A stretch of DNA of 64,000 nucleotides from Lama guanicoe (taxonomy: Eukaryota), in NCBI GenBank assembly GCA_013239625.1, contig MU057340.1:10589657-10653656 (forward strand). The letters are read 5' to 3'. The notes beneath the pieces were generated by a model, which ran no database searches, had not been told where the DNA came from, and worked only from the letters and a program-made list of their open reading frames with translations. Position 1 is the first letter of the stretch. Each line of letters starts with the position of its first letter. The position numbers and the translations under genes are program-made. Shown in pieces: positions 49,478 through 61,790 of the stretch.

Positions 49478-50418
49478 GTCAAAAGAGCATTTTGTAAGTT
49501 TTAACTAAATGCTGGAGATAACGAATTCATGTTCTGTGGTCCAAGTCACTTGGGAGCTGATGACAAAACAACGCATCTGCCAATAATAAAACACCATTGT
49601 TCTCCATCACAATTTTGCCTGCCCAGTCTCTTGAGGGTGCCTTTCCTTCAAAGTCTTAATGGGAGCCCTACTTGACGAGAGTTTTGGAAGTGTGGTTTCC
49701 AGACATCAAGTCCTTGCACTACAGGGTGGTTGTTAAGAGGATGCGATGGTGCTGACTGCCCTCACTGTCACATAGCACAGACTACCTTTTTCCCGTCTCA
49801 GCATCCATAAACACCTCTACTCACAGACGTATCATGTGTCTACCTCGTACCAACGCAACTGTCTCTCTTACAGCAGAGATGCTCTCACTCTCTCCATGAA
49901 ATAGGAGAAAAAAAGTCCCCACAGTCATGGTACCTGGCTCTGAGGGATGTTCATGACCCTTCTCTCTCAGTCACAATTCTCTGTTTACTGTATTATCACT
50001 TAAGATGATGAAGATGAAATTATAAGGTTAAATACACATCACAACACATATTATATAAAATAATAAGGGAGGAGTAGGTGGGAAAGGAAATTGGCCAATA
50101 CACACAAGTGTATAAATAATAACTAAGGGATGCACACAGCTGTTGCAGCCTGTACTTTTGCAGTTGGTTGTCAGGCCATCCTTGGCATTTGCAATTTATT
50201 TTTCCCTCTGTCCATTCCAAATCCCCTTTGCCCTTCTTTCATCCAGCACTCTAGCTGATCATAGTTCTTTACTTGGTGGGGCGACTTGAATCTTTGCTCT
50301 TGGCGAGTTTGTATTCTGGGTGGCGCTGACTGTACTGGGTTGTGGTTTTTCAATGATGTTGGCCATTGGGCTTGGAATCACCAGGTGGTTCCCCAAGGAA
50401 CACTCTGAATTCTTCATA

Positions 50419-50868
50419 TGTAGCTCTTCTTCAACTTATGATGGGGTTGTGTCTTGATAAACCCATTGTAAGTTGAAAATATCTAAGTCAAAAATGCATT
50501 TAATACACCTAAACTACCAAACATCAGAGCTTAGCTTAGCCCACCTTAAACGTGCTCAGAGCACATAAGCGTTAGCCTAAAGCTGGGCAGAACCACCCAA
50601 CACAAAGCCTACTTTATAAAAAAATGATGACTATCTCATGTGATTTATTGAATACTGTATGAAAGTGAAAAACAGAATGGCTGTATTAGTTGTTTACCCT
50701 CGTGTGATCGCGTAGCTGACTGCCCAGCATCCTGGGAGAGTGTCGTATCACTCATCGCTAGGCTGGGAAAAGATAAAAATTCAAAATTCGAAGCGTAGTT
50801 TCCACCATGCGCATCCCTTGTGAAGTCAAGAGACCCTAAGTCGATCCAACCTGAGTCGGGACCACCTG
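50419..50868 (+). mobile_element. Tigger5b/MER47-family TcMar-Tigger DNA transposon
   Basis: cttcaacttatgatggggttgtgtcttgataaacccattgtaagttgaaaatatc...gcatttaatacacctaa...aaattcaaaattcgaag...taagtcga...gtcgggaccacctg; degenerate terminal inverted repeats. Confidence 0.88.
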
Positions 50869-51329
50869 TGTTGTTCTCTGCTCGCTTGTTTAACGGCTGC
50901 TCTGTCTCTCTTTGTCCCAGTGCCGTTGGTGCAGTAACTCGTTCTCTGCCCGTTGGTTTCATGGAAGGAGGTGCTCAGGTGGCCAGGTAGCCACCTCAAG
51001 TTAAAGTTCAGTGGGACAGTTGTTGTGTCCTTGCAGTAAAAGCACTGCTGCCCTGGGAACCAAGACCTCTAAACTAGCGGACTCCAAAGTTACAGAGGCG
51101 TGGAGAAAAATCGGGCAGGTTGTTTACAAGAGTAGCGGTGAGGGTGGCCCCTCCTGCAGCCATGGCTCAGCTCTCCCACCTTTCCATTTGGCTGTCACAG
51201 AAGGAGCCCTTATTGGTTCCTGGTTCACAGCATATGCTGCCTTTCACAGGATTGCTTCCCAACTGTGCACAGTGGTGTCTCTGAGCTAGCGCCAAACTGA
51301 GTTTTTAACGGGCCAGGACAGTTTTCTAG

Positions 51330-51743
51330 AAGGTCAGCTGTGGGGAAGATACTAAGAATGGCGGAGGCCAAGGGCACAAGCCCATGGCCTCACTCATTCT
51401 GCTGAAATAAGTTTCTTCATGAGAAGCAGTGTGGCGTAGGTGCAATGTCATTGTAACCGCAAAGGTATTCCGCAGGTTCAGAGGTGGCAGCCCAGCAGAA
51501 GCATTGGGCTCAGAGAAGGCAAATCCAAATCCAACGTAAGTCTGTCCTAAGGAGGACAAATTGCTGACCCTTCGTCACACGGGGCCCAGTGTAATCTAAC
51601 TGCCACCAGGTGTCTGGCTGCTTCTCCAGGGAACGATGCCACATTGGGAACATTGGTTCCATCTCTGATTTTGGCAGGTGGGATGTTTGGCAGTTGTAGC
51701 AACCAGCAGAGATCAGTACTGTTGCACTGATGCATAACTTCAA
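51330..51743 (-). pseudogene. ERVL-type integrase (pol) remnant, frameshifted
   Basis: Overlapping ORFs give QPDTWWQLDYTGP..KGQQFVL..TD then TYVGFGFAFSEPNASA...HTASHEETYF, matching the recalled ERVL IN core QPATWWQVDYIGPLPSWKGQRFVLTGIDTYSGYGFAFPARNASA...SDQGTHF. Confidence 0.82.
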
Positions 51744-52135
51744 TTTATGTCCAGCCCCACAGCTCAGGAGTCCATGGGGTGGCCGGGGAACCAGGCTGAC
51801 TTGTCAGGGATGGATGGACTCCTTTGCCTGACTACTGAGATCAATGCCTGCTGCAGGTGCCCTTGGGTGGAGAGTTGTATGGAGAACAGACGTGTCTATA
51901 CTCTGGGCTCATTCAGACAGGTTCACTGCCTTCCTCCTCCTCGGAGCTCCTTCCTCCATTTCTCTGATCCAACTCCTGTCAAGGTTTCATCTGAGTAGCC
52001 AAATCTTGGTTACTGATCACGAATCAATGAAGCTCCATCCCTCTGACCATCCATCTCTCCTTCCAGGCATGGTGAGCTTCTGGGGGTTGTACTAGTATAA
52101 CTCAGCTTGGCATCGGTGCCTGAGCACAGTGACTT

Positions 52136-52693
52136 TGTTGCAGTAAGGTGTGTTACAGCTCAGTGTTACAGCTCGGTGTTACAGCTCAGTTGTGACAGCA
52201 GCCTGGATCCGGGGGAGAGACCAAGCAGCACTCGGAGGGTTGGAGAACTCAGGTTTATTACGCCAGTGGGCCCAGAGGAGTTACTACTCCAAGCTTTGGG
52301 CCCGGTCTGTAGGTTTACACAGGCTTTTATAGGCTGCCAGTTTACACTTTGCAACATCATACACAAAAAAGGTGTAACAAAGTTGATTATTTAGGAATGA
52401 GCTTTATAGAAATGGACCAATCAGGAGTGATAGAAATGAACAAATCAGGAGTGATAGAAATGGCCAACCAGGAGTGAGCTCCATGCAAATGAGGTGCTAC
52501 AAATGGACCAATCAAGAGTGAGCTCAGGGAACCAATAGAATCTTAGGGGTAAGTCCCACTTTCCTAGAAGTGTCATTTCAGAGGCAAAAAGTGAGATAAC
52601 ACTGCCGGGCCAGGGAACCTGATGGTGCTGGCAGGAGAGTAGTGGTCCTGCCTGGGGGTTCTGCCGATCTTTTTCATGGGGCTTCCCACCTCA
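52136..52693 (-). mobile_element. ERV1-class solo LTR with CCAAT tandem repeats and octamer
   Basis: Minus-strand TGAGGTGGG...GCAACA termini; TATA at 52325-52332; AATAAA at 52254-52259; 13-bp tgttacagctcag x3; 24-bp CCAAT repeats; approximate 4-bp TSD actt/acct (one mismatch, so left edge is uncertain). Confidence 0.8.
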
Positions 52694-54117
52694 ACCTTAT
52701 GTAACAATTACAGCACTCATCAAGAAAGAGCAGAAATGGAGACTGGACATGGAGACATATGAATTCGGCTGATGCTGGTATTTCGAGCCTTCACCCTGTA
52801 CTGAGCCTTTCTTCTCAGCAGAAGAGGCTCCTCTCTGCTCTGGGGAGGTCAGTCTTCCCCAGTCCAGACCCTCTGTAATGCCCTCACCTCGGTCTTTCAC
52901 TCACAAGGACATGTGAACATTCTCAACTTCTATCCCACCACCTTGTGGTATCTCCAGACGCAGCCCTATGGGCAGACCTCTGCAGATTCTGGGGAGATGG
53001 GCACAAGAAATGGCCACAGGATCCCAGCCACTGGTCACAGGGGACATGGTTTGGAGCAGAGGTTCTGGAAGCCACTGCAGAGCCTCGTGCTGCCGTCACA
53101 ATGCCAGTCTCTGCTTCCTTCCTCCTTCCAGGTCTTTCAGGAGTGCTTCTTACTGAATGGGTCAGGAAAGAAACCACCTTGGCAAAGCATCCGGGAAACA
53201 GGATTTCCAGCCTCCTGCCCTGTGCTATGTGTGAGAGAACCGAGGACACTAGAACTGGTGACAGTCTCCCACTCGAAACAGTTTTGTAATTGTTCTTGGG
53301 AGAAGCATCGTTCCTGAGGACAGAAAAGTAATATAGGTGGTCCCATTTAAGTAGCTTAAATCCTGGGGGCAGCCAGTTCCAAAAAAATGAATAAATTTCC
53401 AAAGATTTCTTGAAAGCTGTTAAGGGAAACAATTCTCCATGGGATTTGCTCTAGTTGTTTTTGTTTATAGAAACACTGAAGTGCTCTGTCCTGGGCGTGA
53501 AACGTGTTCCAGGAAAAAGCCAGAGGACTGAGAGAGCCAAGTGGTGAGCGGTTCGTGTGTGTCTGCTAAGAGATTTGACACAGCATCCTTCGGAAGGGGC
53601 ATCTGTTACTCGCTGTGGGAGTTAAATCGCCCTCTTTTGTTTCTGTTGGGGCGTGCTGAGACATGAGCCCGCGGGTCCCCTTTGATATGACAGCAGAGAT
53701 GTGAGTCTCCGGGAAAGAAAAGGGCTTTAGCGTGTGAAATATGTGTACTTCCTTGGCATCTGTCCCCAGAATGTCTGAAGTACGAATACCGCATACATGA
53801 TTATTCTTGACACATTCTGAGGGGCGCAGTCCCATCCCGCACCAGCCCTGAGCACCTGTATCAGGCAGCAGGACACAGAAATAAATATCTCCAGCCTCTG
53901 CCCTCCCGGAACGTGGGGTCTGTGAGCAAAGGCAGAGCCCTCGATGGGTAAGGCTTGACACAGAACGCCGAGACCAAGAGGAAGGAGTAGGTCTGAAGAG
54001 GCTGCCAGAAGACACTGTGACAAGTGTCAGCTCATCCTAACCCCTGACGGTCACGGCCATCCTGGGAGGTTGGCTGGTCCCAAGTTTATCGCCCACATTT
54101 TATAAACAGAGAAGCCT

Positions 54118-54162
54118 AACTAACATGACACAATAAATCAACTACACTTCCATTAAAGAAAA
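54118..54162 (+). mobile_element. extremely 5'-truncated L1 tail inserted in a MIR
   Basis: aactaacatgacacaataaatcaactacacttccattaaagaaaa matches the terminal ~45 nt of the other L1 copies in this window. Confidence 0.6.
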
Positions 54163-55754
54163 GTGCCAGAGCTATTTCAAAAATGATTTTTGTTATCAGA
54201 GCAAGTTCAAGGTCAAACGAGAGTGAGCAGGCCCCTCCGCCCCAAGGAAATAGAACAGGGAGGTCGGCAGACAGGGTGTGGCTCCCTATGGCCACCGCTG
54301 ACTGACCAGAACATCAACATACACTTTAAAGTTTGGGAGCCTGGCAGGCTGGGGAGACAACGAAGGGTTTAGGATAAAGATGATCTCCTTTGGCAGCCAT
54401 GGAAGTGCTGGTCATTAGCCCCCCAAGGTGTCTCTCCTTCCCTACCTGGGACTGGTTTCTGTGAAGTGCCTCCCACCACCTTTTCTGGACCTGGGCCCCC
54501 TTGGACCTGGGACCCAGATCAATGTGAGGTGGATAAGGGTCATTAAAGTGACCCGGTGATGCCCTCACCCCAGTTCCTTCTCCTTGTAAAATCCACATCC
54601 AGGTGGGCTCCTTTTCCACCTCAACCTAGTCCCTGAGAGCCAGGCTTCCTGCCTGGGGGCTGTTGGCTGTCACCTCGCTGAGCATTTTTCCCTCAGCCCA
54701 TCATGCAAAGAGGTCACTGCTGCCTGGTGACCTGGACTAAAGGTTGTGCATTTCGGTGTTCAGATGGGCTAGTCTGAACAGATGGAAGCGAGATCAGGAG
54801 ACACACTTGGGGGTACTCACTCCTACCTGCTGAGGGACCCTGAGCGAGGTTCTCAACTGAGTCTGCTACCTTCCAGCAAGATACAGGGAGCGGGTGAGGT
54901 ACTGGGGGAATCTGTGGGCCATGAAGACCGCTCCAGGGTCAGATGAATCGACTGCACTTTTCTGTTTTGTAGCCATTTGTTTGATGTCATTTTTACAGAA
55001 GTGCTACTTTTTTGAGAGGATGCTTTTTCATGCTGCAATTTATCTTGTGATTCTTTCCTTAGTCTTTTCTCCTCCTGCTATTTCGTGCTGGCATTCCATA
55101 GGTGCCCCGGACCCCACTGCCATCCATCAGAGTGATTTCCTCGGAATCTGTCTCCAACAGCAGCGCCCTGGATGGTCCCTCTTGTCACGATGCGATGAGA
55201 TGACTTTAACAGCCACGTTCCCACTGCTGATCTGGGTGGAGGAGGTGGAACCTTCCGACTGAGTCTCTCCTCCTTCCTCCAAGGCCATGACACCCCTGCA
55301 TTTGATACGATACGATTCCGCACATGCCAAAAACATGAGAGTATCACATGCCTCTTCCTTTGGAAAGTTAAACAAGCACCTTCCAATTTTTGATGCTGCT
55401 GCTTTCCTTCCACAAAAATCACCCTGAGAGTGGCTGATTTTATTCTCTGGAGAGAGGGCAGTTGTCAAAAGAGAGAGGAGATAAAATTGTGTTATTTTGC
55501 CCGTGTACCTGGCTTTCCACCAGCTGCAGAAGGAGCGGGAACCTCACCTTGCGAGCTCTCTGCATAAAAGAAAGTGCACCAAATAGCTCAGAGGAGCCTG
55601 GAGAAATGTCTGCAGTGCTTTCTGCACCCAAACGCTTTGGAAATTGCCCCTTTTTAGTCATCCCAAGGCTTCTGAAATTTCTTTTCTTTCTTCCCACTCA
55701 TTTTTTGGAAGCAAAGGTCATCCATGCTAATAAAATATTGGTTTTGATAACAGT

Positions 55755-56000
55755 GAAATTAATGATTATGATAGCCACTGTTTGTCGGCACTGTGTGAGC
55801 ATTAGACACACTGCATGCACCGTGTGTATAATCCTCACGTGTCCTGGGAGACAGAAGTGATCTCCATTGTGTAGACGGGGAACGTGGCTCCTGAAATGAT
55901 TCCACTTCTTGTCCAGGGATGATGAGCTGGAAAACATGCTCGCGTGAGGGATCACAGCCAGGGTGTCCGACTTCAGAGCCTGTGCCCTTTCCTGCACTTA
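55755..56000 (-). mobile_element. MIR SINE
   Basis: atagccactgtttgtcggcact...taatcctcac...ctccattgtgtagacggggaacgtggctc...gtgtccgacttcagagcctgtgccctt. Confidence 0.7.
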
Positions 56001-59000
56001 AAACCCATCTTATTCCACTTTTATTGTAGGTTTTTTTCCTCTTTCTCTGGTCAAGGTTGATAGGATTTCTTTGATTTTCATTACCAGCAATGGGTAAGAG
56101 TTTTGAGCAGCAAGAGTCTCTGAGAGGAAACTGGGGAGCTTGGGAAACTCCCCTCCACACGAAGACACCCAGACGACACTGTTACTCGTTTCTTTTATCA
56201 CCGAAAAGCAGTTGATTGTATTTTCATTGTGAAAGATTCAAATAATGCAAAAGTATACAGAAAAAAAAATCACCCAAAGCCCTGGGGAGATTTTTTAAAG
56301 AACGGGTGCCTGTGGGCCACGTTGGAGAGGTTGGTGGGGGGGCCGGGGCGAAATGCTGGGGTCTGCATTTCACACAGCCTGCCGCCGGTGATTGTGATTC
56401 CCAGCTTGAGCTGGAAGCCGTGGCCCACTCCAGACTCAGATGAAGGGCAGAAGGCACGGTCTGGCTACTGGTCTGCTGTGTGAGTCTGGCTGCGTCATGG
56501 CCCCTCTTTCCGATCCCTTCCAGTGGGAGGACGCCATTCTCTGAGTGGGAAGTAGGGCTGGTGGTGGCTTGCGCTCAGAAGTAATAGAACAGTGTGGAGG
56601 GCTCCGGGTGCTTTGTGTGTTCATTCAGTCCTTTGAGATACGGTGTCCGGCGCTGGCAAAGGGTGATCTATTTCCAGACAATTGCATGATCTCCATTCTG
56701 AGATGCAGAGTGAGACAGGGTCTCAGCAAGGGCTGGGGCTGGGCTCCTCCCTTTCACAGGTGTGTGGGATCCAGGAGGCAGCTGTGGCCTCATTATTTCT
56801 TCTACACTTGCATCCAGCCCTTCCCTCCAAAGCACGTATGGGGTGTGCCTTGTTCACTGTAGGACGCTATGCCATCTAGCCCTTCGTCCTTTACAGGCGA
56901 GGTTTTAGGGCCAAGGCTTTTAGGTGGGAGCTTATGGGGAGGGCATCACTTGTGATGGGCACCCTCTGCACACAGAACCCCTTCCCTTTGTCTCTTCAAG
57001 GTGACACAGTGAGCCTCAGCCTAACACCCCATTCTGCCTGGACCCAGGGAGGGAGGAGCCCTTTCAAAACCCTGGGAGTAATGCACCACTTGGGTGAAGT
57101 GGAGATGCCAGCTTTTCCGTCTTAAAGACAAGGGTTTCTTGTCTGGTCCTTACGAGGTGTCTTGTAAGTGGTGCACATTATAGAAGTGATACATGATGCT
57201 CAGTGAGTTAATTTGATTGCTGTCCTGGAAAGATACCTCGGCTGACCGGAGTGCAATAGACACAGGTAACGAGTGTCTGAGGAAGTTCCTGGACCTTGTC
57301 GGCCTGGCCACTGATAAGCATAAAATACCAAGGTATAAAAGAAGAACCAGAAAAGGAGGAAAAGAAAAAACCCTCCAGCCACTTGTGGTGACACAGCAGT
57401 TCCCAGATTCAGAGCCACATTTGAAATGAAGCTTTTCAAACTCACCTCTCCAGGCTCACCCCTTCTCATCAGCCAGTGACTGCAGATGACGGGGGACCTC
57501 TGCAGGTCAGTGCATCCTTCCCCGAGGCTGCCGACAGGCCTGCTGCCTGTGAAGATCTCAGACAGGTGGGCGGCGGTCCTCCTTCCGTTCCAGAACTTTC
57601 CTGAGAAATAAACCACCGGCATTCTCAGTAACCCACACTGGTAGAGAGCGCCCTGTAAGGACGTCTCGAACTAGCAGAGCCTTTGAAGGGAGAGCAGTCA
57701 GGAGACCAGCTCGTGTTTGGTAACGTGGATTCTACATCTTAGAATAAAGGAAGCATGGACATCGAGTGTGTAAGTACAGAAACAGTGGACTCAACGCATC
57801 ACCCTGGGACTGGACGGTTCTTCCTGACATTACGGGCTGAGCTTCCGTGGAAAAGCGTCTCCATTTCCAACAGCCACCTCATCAAATGCTGCGTTGCCAC
57901 ACTTAGGGGCTAAGTCAGTTATAGGTCAGGACCTCACTGTAAGCTACGGGAAAACATTTCTTCCTATGCAGAGCTGGCCCTCCGTGTAGATCTATTTGCC
58001 AGTTACCTCCCGGGTGTGATTGGGGGGTTCCAAAGTCCCCAGTGGTTAGAGATTTTATAGCCTGTGTTAGTAAAAGCATCCCAGTGATTGGAGAGAGGGC
58101 AAGACGTCAACAGGGCAGGGCTGCCGGGTGCAGGGGGCTGTCAGCCAGCCTCCCAGAATGGGGGGGTCCCGAGGGCCCACTGCGGTAACCTGCTCGAGAT
58201 GCACCATCGTGCATTCAAAGTCCAGGACAGTGGAGGGTTGTGCCCGCGGTCCCAGCTTGTCTTCTGTGCTGGGAACTGAGACTTATGGAGTGTCTGCCAT
58301 GAGGCTGCTTAATCCCGACAGCTTCTGCAGCCGGAGAAACTGAGGCTCTGAAAAGGTGGCTGTCGAGCCCATCGCCCTGCAGAGAAAGGAAGGGGTTGTT
58401 CTTTTCCCAGTGGCTGCGTGCATGTAAGACCGCTGAGATAATTTCATTCAGCTGAGGGTCTTGAATATCAAGAGAACTTGGAGGCTGTTCTGTGCTGGTT
58501 CCAGTCCAGGCCCACGGTCACTGTGAACCGCCTGCTGGACGGAACGTCCCTTCAGCCCAGCGGATCCTCATGGGAGTTCCTACCACATATCTGACCCGAA
58601 AGGAGTTCAGTTGGCCCACCCAGGGGGTTGAGTTAAAATAGTTCCCAGACTTGAAAACTGGGATGGTTCATATCGGAACGTCAGTCTCCTGCTAAATAAA
58701 TGTGACTTTGGCTGCACTTGGCGTGCGTTTATGGAAGGCAGACTGACGTCTCTGCTCCCCACAGTGTCCCCAGGCCTTCCCTGTCCCAGTCTCCCTAGTT
58801 TTTGTCCCCTGCCTGGCCCCGGAAGACATTCGAACCTGTAACTCCTGCCCTTGAGGCAGGGGTGGGCTGTTCCTGGGGGAGCGGAGGACCGTCCCCTCCC
58901 AGGCAGGGCCTCTGTGTACTCGCCAGTGTTTCCCTGGCTCACCTGGCTGGCCTTGGCACGTTGGAGTCTACGTCTCGGGCTCAGAGAGGAGGAGATGCCG

Positions 59001-59259
59001 TTCTGGGGACCCTCCTCTCCTTCTGGAGGTGAAACAATTTGGCTTATTCCTATCCTGAAACGGTCACCGGAACAGGGTGGTGGGCACTTGGGCCAACAGA
59101 AGCAATTCCTCCGAGGGGAGGAAGCCCTGATTCGCTCAGAAATCTGGGGGAGAAGATTCCTTCGGGGACCACTTCACGCACCCTGAGATCAGGGCTGCTA
59201 ACAGGTGGTGTGAACCGTGAGGGCAAGGACAGTACCAGTCACAACACCCTCTGGGCTCA

Positions 59260-59560
59260 GGAGGGCCCTGGGGGTCTCCCCGCCGCCTCCGGCTCTGGGG
59301 TGACGGCACTGTTGTCCCTGCGGAAGAAGCAAAGCTGGGGAGGGCGGGAAGTCGGGCCGGCACGGGCTTCGCTCTTGACTGGGAATTCGCCCTTCTCTCC
59401 ACTTGCTGTGCGTTTTGCCGAGCGAGTCTCCGCGGAGCAGCTTTGTTTAACCACACGCGTTCTGCTATGCGGAGTGCGCCTTTCGCGGGATGATTGTTAA
59501 GATCCCCACTTTCCTCCGACAGGCGGTGGCACGACTCATGCGGCCCCAAGGGTGAGATTC
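59260..59560. promoter_or_regulatory. orphan CpG-rich patch
   Basis: Many CpGs in ~300 bp; GC box gggcgg and ETS-like cggaag / ggaagt; no adjacent exon recognised. Confidence 0.45.
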
Positions 59561-60699
59561 CCTCTGCAATGTGCAAAGAGAAGAAATCAGTTTCAGAAAC
59601 CACCCCGAGACCAGATGAAAAGGCACGAACATAACCTCTTCTCACGGCGGGCTCCGGAGCATGACAAGCTGGGTTCTGATCTCAGGTCCCACCTGTACCG
59701 CCCCTGTCCTTGGCTCTCCTCCGGAGGTCCAGCCCGCCTCTCAGGACTTCGTGATGACTACTGCTCAGTGGAACCTCCTCCGATCTCCTTCTTCTTGCCC
59801 AGCTTCCAGGACAACCTTCCCTCTAGGTGCAGAGAGAGAGGGATGGAATGCCTTCCACCCCCAGTGCTGGGTGGTTGGCACTGATGACTCCCCGGAATCC
59901 CCCAGTCCTCCCACGTGGTGAGTACCTGGAGCCCCATGTAATGGACCAGGAGCCAGTGTGCGGGAAGCTCGGGCAAGTTGACCTCCATCTCTAACCCGTG
60001 GAACTAGAATCCAGTGTGCTGAAACGTGCTGACACCACCGCTGTGGGTGGGGAAGAGACCCAGGGGTCATGGTCTTTGACCCCTCTCCTGAGCCCAGGGA
60101 GGGCCCCTTCAGAGATTTGCAGAGAAGCGGGGACCCTCACCTCCCTGGGCAGCCTTTGTAGCATTGAGAGATGTCACTGTGCAGTGGGGAAAGTCGGGTT
60201 CTGAGGTCACTTCCTGCTTGTATCTCATTTTAGCTGCGTGACCCTGATTAAGTGACTTAAGCTCTCTTGGCCTACTTATCTTTAAAGGCCTCTTTCCCTT
60301 AGCTGTTGGGAGAGTCCAGGTGAGTGGGTTAGCCCCCAGGACGGCGCCTGCCGGAGGTGGTTTGTACCCATGCCCCCCCCCCCCGCCGCAGCTCACAGAA
60401 GGTGCTTGGCGAGCTGCAGGTGCCGACTAAGCCCTTGTTAAAAGCCGAAGGTGAAGATGTGATGCAGTTCAGTGCTCCCAGGCTGTGGGCCTTGCTGCTG
60501 GGGTGCCCGCCTCAGCCTTCCCGCTGGGAGGTGTTCCGCCTGGTGAGACCGGACACGCGACTGTCCCTCTGTGGCTCGGGCTCTGGGGCTGTCAGTGGGA
60601 TGAGGACAGCATCGACCGCATGCTGCTGGTGAGGACCGCGCACAGCGACTGGTGTGTGAAGCCGTGGCCGCCAGGCACGCGCAGCTCCACCCGCAACTG

Positions 60700-61212
60700 T
60701 TGTAGAAGAAAGGGAAACATCAGAAATCTTGAACTACCGGGAAATATGAGAAATACGGAGAATTTCTTTGGTGATATATTTCCATTCGGCAGTGCAGTGT
60801 TGGTCTCCCATCATTTAAAAAAAGTTTCTTCGAAATATTCATTAAACAAGAAGTTGGCTTTATTATCTATGATGAACCTCAGCTGTGAAATTACATTACG
60901 TCACAACAAAACCTTTTTGTATTGATTGTCCCAACATTAAAAAAATAGCTTAAGTGAAATAATTACTCTTGGGACGTATTTGTGCACTTTATCATTTTCT
61001 TATCTTTATCTGTCTCAAATGCTGTGTCATTGCTATTTTTAATGAATATGATTTATTATCCATGGAAATGATTCATCGCAACACATTCTCTGCAAATAGA
61101 TGGCTAATGATATGTCTAAATCTAATCAAAGCCAATTACGAGGTGCTCTTTTTGTAGCTTGTTCTTTTAAGTGTTAAAACTGATTTCATTAAATCTTGAA
61201 ACTGCTCATATA
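60700..61212. promoter_or_regulatory. candidate conserved non-coding element / enhancer
   Basis: Abrupt AT-rich, repeat-free block with TAAT cores, TGATTTAT, TGATTGTC, TTACGTCA (CRE/PAR-like), ATCAAAG (TCF/LEF) and TTATCT (GATA). Confidence 0.45.
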
Positions 61213-61214
61213 AC

Positions 61215-61655
61215 TTTTTTTTTTAAAATGAAGTATAGTTGATTTACAATGCTGTGTTAGTTTTTGGTGTACTGCAAAGTTATTTAGTTATATATATATT
61301 CTTTTTCATTACAGATTACTACCAGATATTGAATATAGTTCCCTGTGCTGTCCAGTAGGACCTTGTTGTTTATCAATTTTATATACAGTAGTGTGTATCT
61401 GCTAATCCCAAACTCCTAATTTATCCCTCCCCACCTCCTGCCCCCCTGGTAACCATAAGTTTGTTTTCTATGTCTGTGAGTCTGTTTTGTAAATAAGTGC
61501 ATTTGTTCCATTTTTTTTAGATCCTGCATATAAGTGGTATCATATGATATTTTTCTTTGTCTGTCTGACTTACTTCACTTTAGTAGAACTATCTCCAGGT
61601 CCATCCATGTTGCTGCAAACGGCCTCATTTCCTTGTTTTGTGGCTGAGTAGAATT
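61215..61655 (-). mobile_element. L1 3' end, 5'-truncated
   Basis: Poly-T then tgaagtatagttgatttacaatg...tgacttacttcacttt...tctccaggtccatccatgttgctgcaaacggc...tggctgagtag. Confidence 0.92.
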
Positions 61656-61659
61656 TTGT

Positions 61660-61790
61660 AGCTGATTTTGTCCCTCCTAGTTTGTACCCCTTAGTCCCCT
61701 CCTCTGGTGTTGCCCCCGCTCCCCCCCCGGCCCCACCCGATAACCACTCATTTGTTCTCAGGATCTGTGAGTCTGTTTCTCTAGCATCGT
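61660..61790 (-). mobile_element. second, older L1 3' UTR fragment
   Basis: agtttgtaccccttagtcccc...taaccactcatttgttctcaggatctgtgagtctgtttct. Confidence 0.65.

Larger units (their letters stand above)
49600..52135 (-). mobile_element. decayed ERVL-class provirus remnant (partial 3' LTR plus internal pol region), interrupted by Tigger5b/MER47
   Basis: LTR33/LTR41-like start on the minus strand at 49779 (TGTGCT...), preceded by a purine tract; ERVL internal motifs at about 50.9-52.1 kb; integrase peptide remnants. It may continue beyond 52693. Confidence 0.65.

Noticed and set aside
52407-52521. Regularly spaced ~24-bp repeats superficially like a CRISPR array
   Set aside because: Eukaryotic DNA; head-to-tail units without unique spacers, lying inside an LTR U3.
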